From assembly GCF_018977255.1 (NCBI RefSeq), contig NW_024704743.1:34102001-34166000 (forward strand): a stretch of 64,000 nucleotides of DNA. Reading direction: 5' to 3'. The notes under the pieces are model-generated. The model saw only the letters and a list, made by a program, of their open reading frames with translations, did not search any database and was not told the DNA's origin. Positions 1 through 11,288 of this stretch are shown one piece after another (the stretch's first letter is position 1; every line of letters begins with the position of its first letter). The DNA is from Callorhinchus milii (Eukaryota). Position numbers and translations under genes: made by a program.

Positions 1-455
1 AAGTGACTTTCAAGTCAGGAGGATGTCTCACAGGTTGTTACTAAAAGTGTATAAACTGAATGTTGTAGACAAAATACAGCTAGGTTTCAAACTCATTTAA
101 AGGTTCTTGCATATCTTGAAGAACTGGAACTAGCTGACAGGAAAAAGGGTCTATTCCTTTCTCCTAGTACTATTCATGTGTGATTGGCACTGGTGGAATT
201 TATCCTGTGTCTCCTTTGCTAGTGCTTTATATTCAATACACCCCTTTGTTAAGATCTCATGGCTCTATGGCTAGGGATAGTAAATGAGAGCTGAAAAGCA
301 TACCCAACAGAATCTTATCTTTCAGCATCCACCACAAAAAGACATTTGTGACTCAGAATAATAAAAATAATAATAAAAATAGCTTACATTTGATATAGCA
401 CCTTATCAGATCGTTGAGATGTCTCAAAGCGCTTCACAGAATTTACTGAAAAGTG

Positions 456-556
456 AAAACAAAACAGAAGTCACTGGAACACTCAGCAGGTCGGGCAGCA
501 TCTATGGAGAAAGGAAAGTGAGTCAACATTTTGGGTCCATGACTCTTCGTCAGAAC
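456..556 (-). repeat. Penelope-associated short repeat fragment with a decayed hammerhead-like core
   Basis: Minus strand reads gttCTGACGAagagtcatggacccAAAAtgttgact...cagatgctgcccgacctgctgagtgttccag-like. This resembles a very common shark/chimaera repeat. A related tail is at 45340-45410. Confidence 0.55.
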
Positions 557-1106
557 AGAGTACAGTGTACAATACAGTTGTACCAGCGGAGTGAATAGGT
601 CTCATGAGGTCTCACTGGAGGATTAGAAGGATTTTTTTTAGCTGTCATCAGACGAATAATAATCCTTGCATTAAGGATCTAAGTTAGGTCTTGCCTGAGT
701 CTGTTGTCATAGCTGAAGACTAGTTGATCCTGGAGATGTTTTGTAGACATTTTAATGACCCTTTCTGCAGGTTCACTGAACAATTTAAGATCTACTTCCT
801 CTGAGCAACTTCCTTGATGGGCAACTTAGGAAAACACAGAAAATAATAATAACTTGCACTCCTGTACACCTTTCATATAAAATAATCGTCTCAAAAGCGT
901 TTTACAAAAGATACTTGATTAGAAATGAAAGTGAACATTGTTAAATGTACACACAGGGCAGCTATTTTGTGCCACCAACACATCACAAAGAGATGAACAG
1001 CCAATCCTTTTGAATTTGGGCATAAATTTGGAGCGGGTAACTCAGTTTTGCTTGGTGCCTAAGGCATTAGAAGCAGTTGAGCTGGCGCCTTCTTGTGAGG
1101 ACCCAG

Positions 1107-1476
1107 TAATAATAATCCTTGCATTTCATATAGCGCCTTATCATGACTTTGCGACGTCTCAAAGTGCTACACAGAATATACTGTAAAGTGAATTGATTGC
1201 ATATTTTGTGGGCGAAACGTGGCAGCCAATTGCACACAGTAGTGTCCCACAAACAGTTGTGGATTGAATGACCGAATTATAATTTATTTTTAAAAGTTTA
1301 TTACCCCAGGAAAAATGATCCAACAATCGACTAACAACCGGGTTCCTACTTACTGCTAGGTGAACAGAGGCGTGTGGAGTAAGGAAACTTGCCCAACGTT
1401 TTGCCCTGCCTGGGAATCAAACCCAGGTCCTCTCGCTTGCGAAGTGAGTGCTCTAACCACTGTGTTACAGGACTCC
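1107..1476 (-). mobile_element. Near full-length tRNA-derived Deu-domain SINE (family A)
   Basis: Minus strand: tRNA-like head ggagtcctgtaacacagtggttagagcact...gggtttgattcccagg (A/B-box-like), Deu-like core tgtgtgcaattggctgccacgttt, tail gcgctatatgaaatgcaaggattattatta. Aligns with copies at 3046, 5424, 35718 and 45891. Confidence 0.85.
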
Positions 1477-1916
1477 ATAGTAGGTCAATTCCCAAGCAAG
1501 TCATTTGAGTAAGTTCTGCTGAGAAACACGAAACCCCACGTTCCACCAGTCTTAGCCTGTAGGACCATTTTTGTCTCAAAAAATAAGGTAAAATTGTAGA
1601 AAATTCTTAAATTCAGTCTTATTGTTGGAAGCCAGATTTACAGAATTGAGCAGAATTGGCTGTTCATCTCATTTTCTTTATCAGCGGTTGCTGGCACAGA
1701 TTCCTTGTACCATGGAAATTGTGCTTCCTTGTTTTCCCCCTCCTTAATTTTCTCTCCGCCTTTTAAGAAAATGTTTTTTCTCCTTTGTTCCTTCTCGTGT
1801 TCTGGGGTGTTGTTACCCCACGAGAATTTAATAATAATAATTGTTACATTTGGCATAACGCCTTTCACATCAGGAGGACATCCCAAAACACTTCAAAGGA
1901 TTTTAAAAAATGTTTT

Positions 1917-3040
1917 GTCAGTCGGATGTCTGAAAAATGCTTAAGAGTATCCAAACCAAGCTGAGATTTCCATGCGTCCCACCTACACATGGAAATCCCA
2001 GAGATAAATTGTTGGAATGGAATGCGCACTCTCTCCCTGGAGGGCCACATCCTGTTTACGTAATTCCAGAAAATATTCTACGCAGGTTGGCAAGAGCCAA
2101 GGCTTGGGGTCCGCAGAGCATCCGTCGGGATACTGCTGGGGTCTAACCAGTTAAACCCGCATAGCTTGCCATTGACATTGTTGTCTGGCAAGCTTTCATA
2201 CTGCTTGTCCAGCTAGGACCACCCTACCCTTATTTTAGGGCTTTGGCTTGCAGGGTTAGCAGGAGCTGAATGGGATGATTCCCGGTCCCCAGTGACTGGT
2301 CTGCTGTTCCAGGTCCTGTTGATGAGCCAGGCTGGCTGTGCTGTCATCAGCAGTGCCCTGGAGTACTGCGGACCTGTCTGGCTCAGGAATAGGATTATGG
2401 AGACCGCCACAGAGAACTGGCTCAATTCCAACATTCCGTTGCCAGGTATGTCAAGTTGGAGCCAGTTTAGCACCAAGGAGACCCTACTTACCTCCCACCA
2501 AGGAAGATAGTCACTAGCTGATCATTCAACTTCTGACAAGCACGGGTTTGAGCCTTACTAGGCGGATGGTGGGCACAAGGGGCTCCCTGCGAGCTCCCGG
2601 TGGGCAACACATCTCAGCATGAAATGTGTGAGATCATTGCTACTGTCTTCCTGTCCGCAGCTCGGGGAAATGTCCCTTCCTATTGAGTGATGGTTCCACC
2701 AATTGGAGGTGCGGAGCTTAAGCAGCCGCTGCTTGCCTCTCTGCAAGCCAAACAAGGTGGATTCCAGGCGCTAGACGTATATGTGTGTTCACAAACTCAG
2801 ACTCCAGGTAACGCCTTCCAGCAATTGTCATCCTAAGCCTCAGTTTCCTCCTCAGGTATCTGGCGGGCATCTGCTTTCAGCGTTGGGGGAAGACCTTTAC
2901 AGGACAGCTAGCCACCTTGATGTTCTCGAGGTCCAAGTCCAGCTGCTTAATCCAGACCCTCATGCGAGGGGCCTTGACAAATAGACGTGCCCACTGTGAA
3001 GCCATCTCCAACTCCAGGGGGCTTAGCAACAGGACAGTGT
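1917..3040 (-). mobile_element. 3' portion of an unclassified non-LTR retrotransposon (ORF2 C-terminus with CCHC knuckle plus 3' UTR), degenerate
   Basis: Minus ORF 2558-2755 has LLKLRT...(S)PSCGQEDSSNDLTHFMLRC, a Cx2Cx(n)Hx4C-like motif. Homologous to 30365-30940 and 62200-62960. Differences between copies fall mostly at third codon positions. Confidence 0.6.
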
Positions 3041-3045
3041 AGGCC

Positions 3046-3413
3046 GGAGTAGTGTATCAGTCAGGGCACTAGCCTCACAAGTGAGAACTCTTACGTTCGA
3101 TTCCCAGACAGGGCAAAACCTTAGGCAAGTTTCCTTACTCCACAGCCTGTTTAGCTAGCAGTAAGTAGGAACCTGATTGTTCATCGATTGGCGGATCACT
3201 TTCTGGGAGTAATAATCTCTCCCCCCACACAAAAAAAATTTGATCACTCAATCCACAATTGTTTGTGGGACACTGCTGTGCAGAGTTGGCTACTGCGTTT
3301 TGCCCACACAATATACACGGTCAATTCACTTTACATTATATTCTGTGAAGCGATTTGAGACATCTCAACGCTGTGATAAGGCGCTATATCAAATGCAAGG
3401 ATTATTTGTTATT
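3046..3413 (+). mobile_element. Deu-domain SINE (family A)
   Basis: Head with gttcgattccc B-box-like motif, shared body tttccttactccac...gcagtaagtaggaacc, tail gcgctatatcaaatgcaaggattatt. Confidence 0.85.
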
Positions 3414-4612
3414 ACTGAAGTTTTGTGTTATGGGCAACTCAAGTGTGAGCTTTGACAATGAAATTCAACCACAGGGCACATTGTTCTCACCACTGAAATG
3501 TGTACACAGGTGCAATTGCCTGCAAACGGTGTGGGTGGGGGTGACTCTGGATAGTTCCCAGGAATGGGAATCCAGGCTATTTTCTCTCTCCGTAACCCAG
3601 AGGTACTGAGACCAATTGGAGGACCAGCTATTGCCATGGCAACATGGGGACCTTCCAATTATTTTCTAGTTTTGTCCACGAAAGGCAGCTGGCAATGGAA
3701 GGCTAAGAATGATGTTGCCACGATATCTCGCAGATGAACTTGTCAGCGGCCTCAGCCTACATGAATGTGCTGACCTGAACACACCCTGCAATTGCCGAAC
3801 ATCTGCCAGAAAACCTTCAGAAAGCTGGACTGAACCTGAGCTCACAGGCCGAGAACGAGCCTGGGGTATTACTGCTATCTAAATTGCGGCTATTCATAAC
3901 ACGAGTTGTTAATAACAAAGTGGAATTGCAAATAAGTGGGAGTGTATCACTTTGATTCACTCCGGAAGTAGATTGTGTTAATTAGAGTTCCTGAAGGTTA
4001 GCATGCTGTACTTCCAGTCACCAGAAGGAGTCGCTGTTTATTTCTTAGCGTTGTTGCATGCTGCATCCAGACCCACATGTGTTAAACAGGCTTCTCTCAC
4101 AATGTAGTTGACATGGTACAACTGATCCCAATGGCAGGAGTAAAGAGAGCGAAGATGATTTCCCGGGAGGCAATTCGGATATGAGCAGCGAAGGTCATAG
4201 GATTCTAGTTTAAAATCCTGCAAAGAAACAGGTGTCACAGGAATTGGTTACGTATGTGGAATATAAGGAGTATCGAAGGAAACGTAATGCTTCCCATGCT
4301 GTAGTACTATGTATAGCACTAAATCTCTGGTAGGGGAATCCTCACCTCTCTAAATAATTAGTTTTCAGCACGCATGAGAATAAAACCAATCAAAGTGCCC
4401 AGCTGTCGTTTTCAACAGTGGTAAATAGTTTTAAGATCGTTGACTAATTTGGCGATGCTTGCTTTGTTAACAAAAAGCGTACACCAGATGTCTCATCTAA
4501 AGTTCCTTTTTCATTCTAAAACAGTTGTGCCAGTGGTGACTTGATGTGAACTGTTCTTGTTACTGATGGTGCATTGCTGGCTTATAAGATCTTTTTCCCT
4601 CCTTTTATGAAG

Positions 4613-4655
4613 GATGGTGGTTGCAGCTGTCCGGGTGATGTTGCCAAAGCCTTTG
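4613..4655 (+). CDS. GMPR: GMP reductase, internal coding exon (43 nt; DGGCSCPGDVAKAF)
   Basis: AG at 4611-4612 after a pyrimidine tract, GTAAG donor at 4656. Translates to the conserved GMPR motif DGGC..PGDVAKAFG and joins the next exon in phase. Confidence 0.95.
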
Positions 4656-4781
4656 GTAAGATTTACATCTCATTGTATATTTATACCTACCAGTTAAGAA
4701 TTACTCTGACTATCGTTACTGTATTTGTTTTTCTTACAGCAAGTGAATAGTTAACATGTAAGAAGCTATTCTATTACCATC

Positions 4782-4896
4782 GCCCACAAAATATACAGTT
4801 AATTCACTTTACAGTAGATTCTGTGAAGCGCTTTGGGATGTCTCGACGACATGATGAGCTGCTATATCAAATGCAAGGATTATTATTATTATTATT
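4782..4896 (+). mobile_element. 5'-truncated Deu SINE (family A) 3' fragment
   Basis: gcccacaaaatatacagttaattcactttacag...tatatcaaatgcaaggattattattatt. Confidence 0.8.
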
Positions 4897-5423
4897 TTGT
4901 CATAACTTGTAGTCATCTCTGACACAAGTGCTAAAAAGGGTTGTGGTAAAACAAGGTGATGTTATTGTCCATGTAACATTCTTTATAAGCCTGCTTACCA
5001 TTCTATCCTGAATTCAACCTGGATATCCAGAAGTGGTTCCTCCATAAAAGTAATCTCCATCTGTGAATGTATCTCCACTCACTTCCCCAGCTTAGATCTA
5101 CTCAGGTCCGCTTCTGAGTGAATTTATGAATTATCTGCAAAAGGAACGGACAGCCATTTTGTTCATTAAAAGCCTTCACACAATACTTTAGATCAAAAGA
5201 CTTCTTGCTCAACTACAGTATTCACCCACAAAACACACAGTCACCCCACTTACAGTATAACCTGTGAAATGCTTTGGGTGTCCTCCCAATGTTAATATAT
5301 ATGTGTCAGAAGGTTGTGGGGTGAAGCTCCTCATAGGGACTTGGAATCAGATGCCCGGGGTGGGGGGTTGCATTGTCGGAAGTGCCATCCCTCGAATGAG
5401 ACATTAAACTGAGGTCCAGTCTG

Positions 5424-5753
5424 TAATAATAATAATCTTTGCATTTTATATAGAGCCTTATCACATCACATCTTCGAGATGTCTTAAAGTACTTGACTAT
5501 ATTTTGTGGGCGAAACGGGGCAGCCAATTGCACACAGCAGAGTCGCATAAACAGTCACGGATTGTGTGAGCAATTTTTTTTTTTTTTTGAAGGAATCATT
5601 ATCCCCAGATAAGCGATCCGCCGATCGACTAACAACTGGGTACCTACTTACTGCTAGCTAAACAGAGGCGTGTGGAGTAAGGAAACTTGCTCGACGTTTC
5701 GCCCTGTCCGAGAATTGAACTCAGGTCCCTCAAGGCGAGAGCTACAGGACTCC
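5424..5753 (-). mobile_element. Deu-domain SINE (family A) with internal deletions
   Basis: Aligns with 1107-1476 from the ggagtcctgtagct head to the (ATT)n tail. Confidence 0.85.
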
Positions 5754-6621
5754 ACAATTTGATAATGATTTGATCGCCTACACTATTAGTTATTCAGGTA
5801 GATCCACCAGTGGAATAAGCCCCGCTGATAGCACTGTAGTGTGCTGTGTGTCCTCTATTTTACACTGCTTCTTACAATCAGGGCTGCTATCTGTGCTTCA
5901 CCTGGATGTAAACCATAGTCCAATGTGTTAATGGATAGAAAGGTCACTCCAGGATTGTTTTCCTGAAAAGATTTAAGTATTATAAAAAGTAAAAGGACAG
6001 TTACTAATTTTAATTGAGCTATTTTGGGGACATGATTATGCACTGATCTGACCTTTGCCAAGGGATATATTGGGTGGGAGTGATTAGAAGGCAGTAATAC
6101 GATCAAGCGGTTCAAATGATATCAGAAACTGCAGGAGGGAAGTTTGAGTAATTTGTCAGTCACCTGAATCCTCAGATTGAATTGCTACTCGTCCTTCTCC
6201 ACTGCCCGTCTAGGATTGATTTTTTAAGTTAGATGACATAACAATAACCTCTCCCATTCCTCTCACTCTTGGGCTTGCACAGAATATCAGGTGTTGTTAC
6301 AAATGATGTTCACTTGCAGCTGATGAGTTAGAAATGAATAGGATTTTCTTCCCATCAAGGTGGCGATAGCAGAAAACTGTATTGCAAAATGTATTGATGT
6401 TTAATAATTCTGTAGTGTGTAGAATAATTATTTTGAAACCTTAATGTACACCAGAGTGATACCTCTACCAATTGGTAATGAGTTTCTGTGTTTGCATGTT
6501 TGTTAGTGTGCGTGTGTCTCTTTTTCTGCCTCTCCAACTGTGTGTGTCTTTGTGTGCATCATTCTCACTCTCTCTCTGTGTCTTGTGCATATTTTTCTCT
6601 GTCTCTCTTTCCGCTAACTCG

Positions 6622-7012
6622 TGTCAGCCGGGCTCAGGCAGGTTGTGGGTTCAAGTCCCACCTTGGTACTTTGAACTTACATAATCTAGGCTGGAAGTGC
6701 ACTGTATTGTAGGAGGTGCCATCTTTCGGATGAGATGCTAAACCAAGGTCCTGTCTGCCTAATAGGGGGACATTAAAGATTCCATGGTACTATTTCAAAA
6801 GAGAAGAGAGTTTCTCCCGGTGTCCTGGCCAACAATCCCCCAGATAAAATTGGTCGTTCACTTCCTGAATGTCTGGGGGCTAATGCTGTGCACAAATGGG
6901 CTGCCGCATTTGCACAAAAATGTAATGTCACTACACTACAGTAAATCTTGTGATAAACTTCGAGATTTCCTCCTGAAATGATAAGGCGCAATATTAAATG
7001 TAAGGATTATTC
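6622..7012 (+). mobile_element. Second, older tRNA-derived Deu SINE (family B, SacSINE1-like)
   Basis: Head gtcagccgggctcag...ggttgtgggttcaagtcccac, body ggaggtgccatctttcggatgagatgctaaacc, Deu core gctgtgcacaaatgggctgcc. Related copies at 9970, 13370, 36868 and 39932. Confidence 0.7.
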
Positions 7013-7815
7013 TTATCTTTCTCTCCATCTCTAACTTTGTGGATGTGTGGGTATTTTTCTCTATTTCTCTTTGTTCCGATTCTCTGGCTATGAGGTGTGT
7101 ATGAGTGTAGGCATGTGTGTTTGTGTCTCTCTCCCTCTAACTGTGTGTGTGTTTCTCTCTCTCTCTCTTTCTCGCTTTGCCTCTCTAGCTCCCACACTAG
7201 ACTCCGTGAGCCTACCACCACATGCTCACTTGTTCTCTACTGGCTTCTCATCCTCATATCCTCATCCTAACCTTTAAATCCCTCCATGGTCTTCCCCACC
7301 ATACCTCTGCAACCTCCTTAAACCTTACCAATCCGTCTGTTCCCTCCACTCAGCGGGCACCAACTAGCTTCATGTCCCTCGCAACTGTTGGCGATTGGGC
7401 TTTCAGCATATCTGCTCCAACTCTCTGGAGTTCCCCCTTCCCTCTCCCCCTGGCTCGGGGCTAGACACCGCGACTGTCAAGTGCGCCCCGATGCTACCCA
7501 ATGTGAAGGACTCTATATAAATGCAAGTTGTTGTTGTCATTAAGCCCTTGCGGCATTCTCCTGACGAGAACGGAGCTATATAAATGTCAATTTGTATTAT
7601 ATTGTTTGTATTGTTTTTTTATTAACGTTGCCCAAGCTAGCAGAATTAATTGTGTGTTAGCTGGGAGCACTCCAGACTGGTCCAAGTCAGGTCCAAATCC
7701 AGGTCCAGCGCCTTGGGATGTCCTCCCGACGTAGAAGGCACTTTACAAATGTAAGTTGTTGTTGTTGCAGTCAGAATTGCTGTTTTACTGAGCTGCCCTC
7801 TTGGTCTGTTTGCAG

Positions 7816-7975
7816 GAGCCGGAGCTGATTTTGTGATGCTGGGAGGAATGTTTGCTGGTCATGATCAGTGTGCTGGAAAAACCATCGAGAAAAATGGCAA
7901 AATGATGAAGCTCTTCTACGGGATGAGTTCTGATACTGCCATGAAGAAGCACGCTGGGGGAGTGGCTGAGTACAG
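7816..7975 (+). CDS. GMPR: GMP reductase, penultimate coding exon (160 nt; [21 protein letters not shown]...[21 protein letters not shown])
   Basis: ttgcAG acceptor ending at 7815, GTAAT donor at 7976. Unambiguous GMPR peptide, and phases are compatible on both sides. Confidence 0.97.
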
Positions 7976-8154
7976 GTAATGGACTTGGAACGACAAACAC
8001 CACTGTGTTTACTAACGTGAAGATTAACCAATGTGAAGGGCTCTATACAAGTGTCATTTGTTGTTAACAAACATGGTAAAATGCCACCATCTCCTCACGG
8101 GAGAGTGAGAGTGTTTTTTTTGATACACGAGCTTAGTTCTTTAGAAACTTTAAA

Positions 8155-8790
8155 AACAACAACTTGCATTTATGTAGCGCCCTTCACTTGTGCAGCACCT
8201 TTCATGTAGGAAAAAGCATTTCAAAGATGGATTGGAGCCGAAAAGCCTAAATGGAGTGGGGGGGAGCAGGGCGGAGGGGAGTGTCTGATGGCATAAAGAG
8301 ATTAGATGGCCTTTGAAAGCAGAGAGAAAGGGTTTAAGGCAAGGGAATTTAGGGAGAGTGCTAGAATATGGGGGAAAGTAGCTGAAAGCTCACCTGCTGA
8401 TGATAGGACAGAGTGGGTGGGAGGCATGAAGCAGGCCTGAATTAGAAGAGTGGAAGGGGTGAGTAAGGAAGTAGGACCACAGTGGATCACATAAGTAAAG
8501 TGGGGCAAAACCATGAGGCATTTGCAGGTCAGAATGAGGATCTCACAGTCAAACCCTTGGGGAATAAGGTTAGCGTCAGTGGAGCCTGGTGACAATGGCA
8601 GTGATGGGCTCACGGAGCCTTTTGCGGGAGAGAATGTGGGCTGAAGGGTCCTGGATGGTCTGGAGATTGGAGAAGGTAGAGCTTGGAAGGCCATTGAGCA
8701 GTGTTGGAGAAGTCAAATCTGGAAGAGATGAAGGAATGGGCAGTGGTTTGGGAAGCATTTGGATGAGATACAAGTTCAGTAATAGTGGTC
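8155..8790 (-). mobile_element. Degenerate L2-type LINE 3' fragment
   Basis: Minus-strand remnants such as ISSRFDFSN, EPITAIVTRLH and CEILILTCKCL are typical of the L2 ORF2 C-terminus. Ends in a gcgctacataaatgcaagttgttgtt tail. Confidence 0.7.
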
Positions 8791-9969
8791 GGGATGAGGC
8801 ACAAGTTGATTAACCATATTTCAATAATAGACAAAATCTGCAAAACATTCCAATGAGTTTTTCATCAACTTGCCTATAAAAACAGACACTGTGCTTTACA
8901 GTAAACTCTGCAAAGCGCTTTGAGACATTTCAACGTGATATAAGGTGCTGTATCAAATGCAAGGATTATTGTTATAACTTGGAAGGTTACTTTGCAATGA
9001 TAGAAATACAGTATTTACAGCAGCAAACACAATCCGAGATGCCTTGATATCACTGCTTTGTACACAAACATGGCGAAGTGTTTTTAGAAAGACAGTTACC
9101 ATGGTGACAGCAGCCACTTAGAAATGGATTTGAACCTTTTTAATGGAGTTTTCCTTGCAGCTTTCTTTTTTTTTAACCTTACATCAACAGCAAATGTTTT
9201 GCCTGAGAGTTTCAATAGAAGCGTATTGCAAAATAAGATTGAAACGCTGCACAGCCACAAGGTTGATGTGCAGCACTCTTGATGTAAACCAGGTATCAAA
9301 TGCAAGGATTATTATTATTATTATTTAGCAATCTTATGTTGTGCAAAAAAACAGAACAACTGGTGGAAAAAACATAATTTTACACTTACCTCAGCGTGTG
9401 TTTGCTGCTGTAAATATTTTATTTCTATAATAGCAGTGTAATCTTCTAAGTTATAACAATAATCCTTACATTTGATAGCACTTTTCATGTAGGAAAAACA
9501 TCTCAAAGAACTTCAGAAGAACAAAATGAGAGCCTGAGCTGGGAGGGAGCTAAGTAAGGGGTGGCCGAAAACATGTTCAAAGATAAACGTCTTTAGATGG
9601 ACGGGTTTGAAAGCAGAAAGAGAGAAGAGGCAGAAGTTCTTTGGTGTGAAGCACTGCTTTACTGCCCTGCAAATCAGGCATCATCTTATCTGAAAGATAT
9701 AATGTTGAATATTACAGTGAATACAATGAGGAACTTCATTAATCACCTTCATTTAAAATGCAGATAAATCAAATGAACTAAAATAGGGGCCAAAGCAGCT
9801 ACTGCATTTCTTACAAATTGGGGTCTTTATTCACGCAAACTGGGCTCAGTAGTTGTGTAGAGGTGCTTTGTGAAATAATGCAGGAACTGGCAGGTAACCC
9901 TTTCACAAGTAACATCTGCATTACTAATCCTTGCACTTGATATAGCGCCTTTCATATCAGGAGGACCTT

Positions 9970-10125
9970 GTTTGTCGGCTTGGATCGTTTGGTAGAAGTC
10001 TTGCCTCTGAGTCAGAAGGTTGTTCCAGCCCCACATTGGGACTTGGACTTTATAGTCTAGGCTGACACTTCAATGCAGTGCTGGATGTATTGTATTGTCG
10101 GAGATGCCCTCCTTTTGATGAAACA
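9970..10125 (+). mobile_element. Family B SINE 5' fragment
   Basis: ctctgagtcagaaggttgtt...tctaggctgacacttcaatgcagtg matches 6622-6740 and 36868-37010. Confidence 0.65.
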
Positions 10126-10181
10126 TTATACATAATTCTATGTAAGATCTAGGTTCACTCTGTCTGTTCTTTTACACCTAG

Positions 10182-10362
10182 GGCCTCAGAAGGTCGGACA
10201 GTGGAAGTCCCATACAAAGGAGATGTGGAAAGCACCATCCTGGACATTTTAGGAGGACTGCGCTCGACTTGCACGTACGTTGGAGCCGCTAAACTGAAGG
10301 AACTGAGCCGAAGAACCACATTCATCCGAGTCACTCAACAGTTTAACCAAATGTTTTCTTAA
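10182..10362 (+). CDS. GMPR: GMP reductase, last coding exon ([59 protein letters not shown])
   Basis: cctAG acceptor ending at 10181, TAA at 10360-10362, canonical GMPR C-terminus. GMPR rather than GMPR2 is supported by the tail-to-tail position next to ATXN1. Upstream exons lie outside the window. Confidence 0.97.
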
Positions 10363-11282
10363 TTTGGAATCTGATAGGGTGATAGAAACTGAGGGAGAGT
10401 TTCATTTGCACAGCAGTCTCTTAAGTTAAGAGTTTGAATTTCATTTTATTTTAAAAGACGCACAGTGCAATAGTATTTAATTAACCATTTTAAACCTACT
10501 GAAGAAATTGTAAATCTAAAGTCTCCAGGAGAACACTGACCAACAGTTAAATTTGCACCAACTGTGTCTGGCTGCTTTGTGCAGTCAAACAAATTGTTTG
10601 GCTGTGAGGTGTTGTTTCACTGAAGACAAACCTTATTCAATAAAAATGTTAGTGCATTGTTTTCAGATATTTATTCAAATGCAGCGCACTCTTGTTCAGT
10701 GCAGGAATGATCTCCTACAATTTTTAGCATGCACTTTTCAGGAGGTTACGCGTTTAGATAAGTATAGATAAACGCATTCTGCAGTGCAACAAGTTATTTA
10801 TTTGAGTTTTGTTTCATTTTATGATTGTGCAAATGGGATGGCAAATGCAAATTACACCCTTCAAGTCAAGGGTTCATTTTAAGGGAACAGAAGAGGCTAG
10901 CGGAATATAAAAGTATGGTTTAGCCTTTTAAAAACTGGACCACCCCAGCACACTTTGAATTGGAATCATTCACAACAACAGTAGAAAAAACCCTCTCACA
11001 TCAACCAGAAACAAATTCCCCAGGAAACACAATGTGCCAACATTTTAATATTATTTTCTGAAACCGATAAATTTTCTGCTCGGTTTGTGTGTTTTTGAAT
11101 TGAAGGGTACACCTCGTTGCTTTATTCCATTTTGTTTCAAAGATTCTTTGGTGTACTAAAATTCTGAAAATAGAAATAAACTGGGTATCGTTCACTTAGA
11201 TCCCTGACGCTGGAGGCCTTTGGCATGACAACAGCATAAGTAAAGTCTGGAGTAAGACATTCCTTTTACTTCAGTATTGACA

Positions 11283-11288
11283 AATAAA
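11283..11288 (+). terminator. GMPR: Candidate GMPR polyadenylation signal
   Basis: AATAAA followed by the GU/U-rich tract ttggttttctgtgctctctgtgtcgtt. Alternative AATAAA hexamers occur at 10639 and about 11175. Confidence 0.5.
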
